Shown: positions 7,703-13,252 of the stretch, in pieces | Layout of the letters: each line of letters opens with the position of its first letter | Numbering within the stretch: position 1 is the first letter of the stretch | Assembly: GCA_048940645.1 (NCBI GenBank) | Contig: JBHLOI010000079.1 | Location: 1-13,252 of the forward strand | Source of the DNA: Promethearchaeota archaeon | Lineage (GTDB): Archaea; Asgardarchaeota; Lokiarchaeia; Sigyniarchaeales; SOKP01 | DNA: 13,252 bases | Reading direction: 5' to 3' | Notes under the pieces: generated by a model | What the model was told of the DNA's origin: nothing | Databases searched by the model: none | Seen by the model: the letters and a program-made list of their open reading frames with translations, nothing else | Position numbers and translations under genes: made by a program

Positions 7703-9352
7703 TTATTTTATTTTACCATATAAAACTTTGTTTCTATTATACTCTTTTAGAACTCTTTTTCCTTCTTTGTTTGATAATGATAAGGAAATATCGGCATTTC
7801 TACTTAGTGAACCAGTAAAAATCTGTTGATTATCAGCATAAACAATAATATTACTACTAGCATATTCTGGATCAGCTTTTAGAATTATTTTTTGGCTTTG
7901 GACTTCTACATCTAGTTGAATTTTTCCTTTACTTGATTTTTTCTCTTTATAGAAGCTATTAAGTTTTTTATATCTTTCCGATCTTATTGGTTTAATTGGA
8001 TTCACGACAATATCTTGTCCAAAGGAATACATTTCATATTCTAACTGTCTTGTTTTATAATCTCTTACTTCCACTACAGGTCTAGCAAGATCTTTATCTC
8101 TAAAGCCATGGGGAACTTTTACTGTCATCTTTATAGTTAAGACTCTTGAAATATCTCCATCTTCAATAAAAATGATGGTATCTATTATTGAGGGGAGCAT
8201 ACCAAGTTCAATTCTACCGATAAATCTCTGAATTGCGTCAATTGCTGAAGATGAATGGACTACGCCCACCATACCTACTCCAGATAATCGAAAATCTGCA
8301 TAGACTTGAAAATCTTTTGTTGTTCTCACTTCATCAAATATTGTAAAATCAGGACGCACCAATAGTAGGATGTCTGCTGAATTTTCAAGACTTCCTTCAA
8401 GCTTAGTATATTGTGTGATTTCAGGTTTGACTTGTAAGTCTCTCACACTTTCTAGTGTTTTCACAACCTTATTTTGGTGTAAATAGTAATTTGCTAATGC
8501 AGCTGAAAAAGTGCTCTTACCAGCTCCAGGTGATCCAGCGACTAGAATTCCCTCTGCTTTTTCCAGACGATTGCGGAGTCTTGAGTCGATGGAGTAATCT
8601 GATAATGTTAAATTAACGAGTGGGCGCACTGCAGTTATTTCAACATCATTAGAAAAAGGAGGGCGCGTAATTACTATTCTAAATTCTCGCAATTGGGCTA
8701 CAACAGCACCAAACTTTTCAATTTCAACGAAGGAATGAGCATCTTCCCGTACAAATTCTATAATTTCTATTGCTATTTCTTCTAATTGATTTTTAGTTAT
8801 TATATCATCTCTTACTTTTTCTAAATACCAATTACCTGGGCTTCCTTTTTTCGCATAAGGAGGCAATCCTTGTTTTAAATGGATACTCATTGTATTTTCA
8901 TCAAAAAATTGGATTAATTTGAGTGAAACTGAAGTAACTTCTGTTGGTGCTACTTTTTCCTTTACAGACATCACTTTGATTCCTTCAAAAATACCTACAT
9001 CTCCTTGAATTCTATCTGCTGTAATTAATACAGCCTCGTTTTCATGAGCACTTTCTCTAATTAACGCATCTAATTCTCCTCCAGGAGCCATTTTGATTTC
9101 TTCTCTAGTAGGTCTTTTCCCAATTATATGTAACTTTATTTTATTTTCTTCATGATACTGTCTAAGTCTTTTAAGAACATTTAAACCCAAAAACCCAATT
9201 TCTTTTTGGATATTTGTTCTGTATTCTACTTCAGCAACAACTACACTGGAAATAAAAATCTCTGGGTATTCGCCCAATTCTCCATCTTCAATCAAATCTA
9301 AAATAAGACCGTTAAAAATAACCGATGTATCACATGCGAATTTATCTGGCAT
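7703..9352 (-). CDS. PINA-family PIN-domain P-loop ATPase (PINc/VapC + PilT-like ATPase; archaeal Holliday-junction branch-migration ATPase family)
   Basis: N-terminal PIN (CDTSV, VVAEVE, GELDALIR, LITAD), Walker A AGSPGAGKST (~8511-8540), LLLVRPDFTIFDEVR (Walker B), GVGMVGVVH, DAIQRFIGRIELG and DLARPVVEV. The second ATG (9352, MPDKFACDTS) is preferred over 9370 because it follows GAGGAGG and sits just before the PIN domain. Confidence 0.92.
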   Translation of the reverse strand: MPDKFACDTSVIFNGLILDLIEDGELGEYPEIFISSVVVAEVEYRTNIQKEIGFLGLNVLKRLRQYHEENKIKLHIIGKRPTREEIKMAPGGELDALIRESAHENEAVLITADRIQGDVGIFEGIKVMSVKEKVAPTEVTSVSLKLIQFFDENTMSIHLKQGLPPYAKKGSPGNWYLEKVRDDIITKNQLEEIAIEIIEFVREDAHSFVEIEKFGAVVAQLREFRIVITRPPFSNDVEITAVRPLVNLTLSDYSIDSRLRNRLEKAEGILVAGSPGAGKSTFSAALANYYLHQNKVVKTLESVRDLQVKPEITQYTKLEGSLENSADILLLVRPDFTIFDEVRTTKDFQVYADFRLSGVGMVGVVHSSSAIDAIQRFIGRIELGMLPSIIDTIIFIEDGDISRVLTIKMTVKVPHGFRDKDLARPVVEVRDYKTRQLEYEMYSFGQDIVVNPIKPIRSERYKKLNSFYKEKKSSKGKIQLDVEVQSQKIILKADPEYASSNIIVYADNQQIFTGSLSRNADISLSLSNKEGKRVLKEYNRNKVLYGKIK

Positions 9353-9959
9353 TTTCCTCCTCTTCAGCATCTAATTTGCTAATTATTTCAAATTTATTAA
9401 CACTATAATAAATTGGTTTGGATAATCTATCAACTGTAGCAACAATTAAATCCTTTCGAGAGCTCATTGCCACTCGGGACATTTTATCTAAATCTTTTAA
9501 TTCAATTGGGGCTCCTTCAAAAATCGGGTAAATTAAATATTTAGCAGCATTTTTCTCAAAATCTACCCCTCTCTTATATACACGAAAATCAAGACCATCA
9601 CCGTATCCAGCTCGTACAACATAGCCCCTTTTACGTAAATCCATATAAATTATATATTTTTGCCATAATCTTGGATCATACCTAGTGAAAAACGTTAATA
9701 GATTTTCAAAATCATATATTTCATTACTTTTATCATTATCTTTCCATATTAAAATCCTATTTCTTTCACATAAGAGAAGAACTTCTATTGGTTCCAAAAT
9801 AAGCTTCTGTTCTCCATTATCATTCTCTTCTAAGGTGCCAATATAGGAATTGCTGTAAAATTCTTCAATAGCTTTTTTATCATAAATAAAGACTTTATCT
9901 TCCTCGAGAACTGCTTCGAACTGACTTTTCTCTACCTTTTCATCAGCTTTTTCTGTCAT
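9342..9959 (-). CDS. endA: tRNA-intron endonuclease (EndA/Sen) family subunit, probably the non-catalytic structural subunit
   Basis: LILEPIEVLLL (N-domain), YMDLRKRGYVVRAG, DFRVYKRG, RVAMSSRKDLIVATVD and IYY. The catalytic His position is Ala, and the protein has no His at all. Confidence 0.88.
   Translation of the reverse strand: MTEKADEKVEKSQFEAVLEEDKVFIYDKKAIEEFYSNSYIGTLEENDNGEQKLILEPIEVLLLCERNRILIWKDNDKSNEIYDFENLLTFFTRYDPRLWQKYIIYMDLRKRGYVVRAGYGDGLDFRVYKRGVDFEKNAAKYLIYPIFEGAPIELKDLDKMSRVAMSSRKDLIVATVDRLSKPIYYSVNKFEIISKLDAEEEENAR
9356..9362 (-). promoter_or_regulatory. Shine-Dalgarno-like GAGGAGG inside the endA 3' end, 3 nt upstream of the PINA ATG
   Basis: Minus strand reads ...GAAGAGGAGGAAAATGCCA. 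It also encodes EEE of EndA, so it could be coincidental, and the spacing is short. Confidence 0.35.
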
Positions 9960-10096
9960 TTTCCAATTTATTATAGTATTTTATGTTTAATGAATTTAAT
10001 CATAATAAGAAAATAATAATTATATTAATTAGAAAAAATTATTTTTTGAACATTTAAGTTTTTATTATTGAATAAATATTTAAGAAAAATAATTTG

Positions 10097-10978
10097 TTAT
10101 TTTTGTCGAGATATTATGAAATTTATCAAACTTCCGAGATTTTTAACATTTTCATAAACCTTTGGAGCCTTTTCTTCCAAATAGTCTTTAAAAACCTCCC
10201 AATTCTCTTTCTTTCCCGAAGGTGTCTCAGCTAATAATTTTTTAGCCTTATTAAAATCGTAAGTAAACACTAGAGCATTATCAACTCTATTAGCATCATC
10301 ACTTAACAGGAAAATAAAATAATCATTTAAATCCCAAGGATTTGATACATGATCTGGTTTGTTTCCATCCCCCGCATTCTTTCCTCTTAATAAACGTGTA
10401 TCTACCTGTGTTGGTAACACCATATTAAAATTGATGTTTTCTTTTTTATATTCTGCTGCCATAGCTTTTTGCATTCCTACAACGGCAAATTTACTTGCAA
10501 CATACGCAGTAAGTCTTATGGGAGCAATTGGATATGCTTCGCTTCCAGTAATTATAAATCTTGCTTTATTGTTCTTATCATCTTTTTTCATATATGGATA
10601 AGCCGCTTTAAATGTAAAAAACACACCTAATATATTAACATTTAAAATTTGGGAGAATACTTCATTTTTAAATTCATGAGTTGCCCACATTCGTGAATAA
10701 CCAGCATTAGCAATAATCCCATTTAAAGGACCTAACTCTTCATAAAATGATTTAAATGCTTCTGCAATTTCATCATATTTGGTAATATCTGCAGTCTTTA
10801 CAACTATTTTCGCATCAGTTCCATGAGAAATAATTTCTTCTTTAGTTTGAGTTAATTCTTCAAGAGTTCGAGATACTAATCCTATATTTGCTCCTTCTTT
10901 GGCGCAAGCCATGGCAACAGCTTTACCAATTCCCCTTCCAGAACCAGTAATGGCTATATTTTTACCCTTTAATATCAT
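10097..10978 (-). CDS. Short-chain dehydrogenase/reductase (classical SDR, likely NADP(H)-preferring) with ~50 aa C-terminal extension
   Basis: TGSGRGIG, VSRT (basic residue after beta2), ADIT, NAG, VNILG, catalytic S (TGS) and YVASK, LPTQVDT. Confidence 0.93.
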   Translation of the reverse strand: MILKGKNIAITGSGRGIGKAVAMACAKEGANIGLVSRTLEELTQTKEEIISHGTDAKIVVKTADITKYDEIAEAFKSFYEELGPLNGIIANAGYSRMWATHEFKNEVFSQILNVNILGVFFTFKAAYPYMKKDDKNNKARFIITGSEAYPIAPIRLTAYVASKFAVVGMQKAMAAEYKKENINFNMVLPTQVDTRLLRGKNAGDGNKPDHVSNPWDLNDYFIFLLSDDANRVDNALVFTYDFNKAKKLLAETPSGKKENWEVFKDYLEEKAPKVYENVKNLGSLINFIISRQK

Positions 10979-11097
10979 AATAAAATCAAAATTTAGTAGA
11001 ATATAAGATTTACCTTATATGATTAAAAATTCACTTTTAATAAACGCAATACTAAAAATAAAAGTTAATTTAGAGTATCTTCTTTAACCAATTGATC

Positions 11098-11691
11098 ATG
11101 AAAGAATTATATAAAGAAATTCTAAGTAAACTGAATGAGGCAAAAAAAATAGTATTTATGGGAATTGGAGAGGAGAAATTAACAGACGATGGAGTAGGCC
11201 CATACATTATCAGCGAATTATTATCATATTCAAATTATAGAGTTAAGTTTATAAACGCTGGGGTAGATCCTATGGCTCGAATAAATGAAATAATTGATTT
11301 CTCCCCCACACATTTAGTCATATTAGATACATGCACCTTAAGTGAGCCACCTGGAACTGTTGCAATAATAGAAAGAGATTTAATATATGATTCCGTTCCG
11401 ATTTCAACCCATACTATTCCAGTTCATATTGTAATTGATTTAATTATAGATAAATTGCCTGATTTGAACGTATTCATGATTGGATTTGTCCCAGAAAGCC
11501 TTGAAGGTTTCAAGGATTTGAAATTATATAAAGGTGGTAAAATAGCTTTTGATGAATTAGACGAGAATACTGATCTCCCTTTTTTTGAAATTAATTTAAC
11601 CAAAGAAATTCAACAAGCAGCCTTACAAGTAATAAAAATTATAAAGAGATTGGTTAATGATCTCAAAACTAAGCCTTATATAGATAAATAG
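11098..11691 (+). CDS. hycI: Hydrogenase maturation endopeptidase, HycI-like (peptidase A31)
   Basis: MGIGEEKLTDDGVGP (GxGN..xDDG-type motif), THLVILD, PPGTV, ISTHTIP and IGFVP. ATG at 11098 is preferred over TTG at 11092. Confidence 0.85.
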   Translation: MKELYKEILSKLNEAKKIVFMGIGEEKLTDDGVGPYIISELLSYSNYRVKFINAGVDPMARINEIIDFSPTHLVILDTCTLSEPPGTVAIIERDLIYDSVPISTHTIPVHIVIDLIIDKLPDLNVFMIGFVPESLEGFKDLKLYKGGKIAFDELDENTDLPFFEINLTKEIQQAALQVIKIIKRLVNDLKTKPYIDK

Positions 11692-11814
11692 GTTATTATT
11701 TATAAAAGGAAAATGAAGTTATCATACCATCCTCCAATAACTAAATTTTTCTTAAATTCTTTTTAACTGATAATAGAATCTCTTAATTAAAATTATAATC
11801 CAGAGTCTGAAAGT

Positions 11815-13029
11815 ATGGTTACTGTACCGATTTGGGATCCCTCAGAACGATTTTTTTGGGGAATTGCAATAGCAATAGCACTAATGTGTGGAATATATTT
11901 TATATATAAAGCGAGAAAGAGGGAAGTTTTTAATGAGAAATTCATTATGTTTGGGTTAGCAAGTCTCCCTCTTGGTTTTGCAATAAGTTTGATATTTACT
12001 TATTTTCAAGTTTTTCAAGTTCAAGGAACCTTTATTAACCATGTATTTTATGGAGATTATGATAACATTACGCCACTTTATGAACTTCTTGGTAGATTAA
12101 GTTATATTTCCCTTGGAATTGGTGCTTTGTTCTTTGTATTGGCTTTTGACATAATCGTAAAGCACACGAGATATCTTCTAACAATTATTTACGCGATTTT
12201 AATTGTAATAGAAATTATACTACCCTTAGAAACTCCATTTTTAACAATAGGTAGATATGTATTTAATTTTCCTATAATACTTGGATTATTAATCATAGTT
12301 CCCCTAGTATTATTTCTTTATACAAAATGGTCACATCTTGATTTTAAAGCCGTTTCTTCGTTTTTATTATTCGGCTTCCTATTATTTGTGATTTCATTAA
12401 ATCTGGCTAAGAAAGTTCATAAAAATCTCGATGTTTACCCTTTAATATTAAGTCCTCTTCTATTGATTTTAGGCTGTTGTATCACTATACTCCCAACAAT
12501 TATTAATCCCAAAATTATATCCCGAGCTTTAACTTACTGGATCTTATTTGCAATTTTAACTATTCCTTTACTCATCATTATGCTTTATATTAATACTATC
12601 AATAAATTACCGTTTCAATTTATCATTGAATTTCTTGTTGCATTTATATATATATACATAATATTTTTCCTCATAGTAAAGAATATAAGGGCCGAAATAA
12701 TCTTAGAGAATCGAGATACGGGAAATGAAATAGAATCTCAGGTTTTAGGAATATTCACCAGACCTCAAAAAGTTACTGAGGAAGAGGTAATATTTCACAG
12801 GGAGCGAAAAATTTGTTTAGTCTGTAAGGGAAAATTATTAAGATCAATATATCTTTGTCCACAATGCGATGCGCTCTATTGTATAAAATGTTCAGATGCA
12901 TTAAGGACCATGGAAAATGTGTGCTGGTCATGCTATACGCCAATTGATCCGACTCAACCTATAAAATTCAAAGAAAAGGAAGAAGAAAAAGATATTGAAA
13001 TTTCTAAAAACATATCAAAAAAATTGTAA
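11815..13029 (+). CDS. Multi-pass (~9 TM) membrane protein with C-terminal C4C4 RING-like zinc finger
   Basis: Nine hydrophobic helices in aa ~13-290, then FTRPQKVTEEEV and CLVC-x10-CPQC-x4-CIKC-x10-CWSC (12814-12933), then a charged tail. Confidence 0.85.
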   Translation: MVTVPIWDPSERFFWGIAIAIALMCGIYFIYKARKREVFNEKFIMFGLASLPLGFAISLIFTYFQVFQVQGTFINHVFYGDYDNITPLYELLGRLSYISLGIGALFFVLAFDIIVKHTRYLLTIIYAILIVIEIILPLETPFLTIGRYVFNFPIILGLLIIVPLVLFLYTKWSHLDFKAVSSFLLFGFLLFVISLNLAKKVHKNLDVYPLILSPLLLILGCCITILPTIINPKIISRALTYWILFAILTIPLLIIMLYINTINKLPFQFIIEFLVAFIYIYIIFFLIVKNIRAEIILENRDTGNEIESQVLGIFTRPQKVTEEEVIFHRERKICLVCKGKLLRSIYLCPQCDALYCIKCSDALRTMENVCWSCYTPIDPTQPIKFKEKEEEKDIEISKNISKKL

Positions 13030-13069
13030 TATTACATAAAGTGTTATAAATTATAATTTATCTATTCGG

Positions 13070-13252
13070 TTAGAAAACCCATATAAACAAAGAAATGATA
13101 AAGATTATAATTAGGATCAAACTAATGCATGGCCATGAAAATAGGGCATTTTTAACATAATTTAATTTGAAATCAACAGCTTCATGGGGACACAATTCCA
13201 CACAACAATAGCATGTTATACATTTTTTTTTAATCCATTTTGGGATATTCCC
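13070..13252 (-). CDS. C-terminal end of a 4Fe-4S ferredoxin-domain protein with a terminal TM helix (5' part outside window)
   Basis: Not in the ORF track. Minus strand reads GNIPKWIKKKCITCYCCVELCPHEAVDFKLNYVKNALFSWPCISLILIIIFIISLFIWVF*, with TAA at 13072-13070. It contains a CxxCxxCxxxCP motif. Confidence 0.85.
   Translation of the reverse strand, partial: GNIPKWIKKKCITCYCCVELCPHEAVDFKLNYVKNALFSWPCISLILIIIFIISLFIWVF

Noticed and set aside
6913-9352. Sir2 + ATPase anti-phage system (Sir2-HerA, Thoeris, DSR) or VapBC toxin-antitoxin
   Set aside because: The sirtuin is a Zn-binding deacylase type rather than a SIR2_2 NADase. The ATPase is housekeeping PINA, the two genes are convergent, and no antitoxin is present.
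1-9959. One RNA-repair cluster (metallophosphoesterase, PHP, sirtuin, PINA, EndA)
   Set aside because: The genes lie in different orientations and apparent transcription units, and no ligase (RtcB) or Tpt1 is in the window. Only the endA-PINA link is supported.
10033-10047. A6-TTA-T6 inverted repeat between the SDR and endA genes
   Set aside because: Low-complexity A/T palindrome that cannot be told from chance, although it might contribute to termination.
10359-10601. Plus-strand 80-aa ORF
   Set aside because: Antisense to the SDR catalytic core.
1-13252. tRNA/rRNA, CRISPR array, IS/transposase, selenoprotein/SECIS
   Set aside because: I saw no GC-rich structured islands, regularly spaced repeats, terminal inverted repeats or transposase motifs, and no called gene needs in-frame TGA readthrough.

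Overview
AT-rich, gene-dense archaeal chromosomal segment. The mix of a tRNA splicing endonuclease subunit, a PINA-type PIN/ATPase, a HycI protease and a multi-pass membrane protein with a C-terminal C4C4 zinc finger suggests an Asgard archaeon, most likely Lokiarchaeia (inference). I found 12 supportable CDS. Two run off the window edges and are missing from the ORF track: a >=550 aa calcineurin-like metallophosphoesterase (<1..1652, -) and the C-terminus of a membrane-anchored 4Fe-4S protein (13070..>13252, -). I saw no RNA genes, CRISPR arrays or mobile elements. The strongest signals are eukaryote-like proteins: (1) a sirtuin whose N-terminal half resembles eukaryotic class IV SIRT6/7, including the missing helical module; (2) a ~9-TM protein ending in a C4C4 finger with TFIIH p44/Ssl1 RING-like spacing, a candidate membrane E3 ligase; (3) a ~350 aa coiled-coil rod anchored by a C-terminal TM hairpin; (4) a histidine-free, probably non-catalytic EndA subunit overlapping a PINA ATPase that appears to lack its KH domain. 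All comparisons to reference proteins are from memory and need database confirmation.
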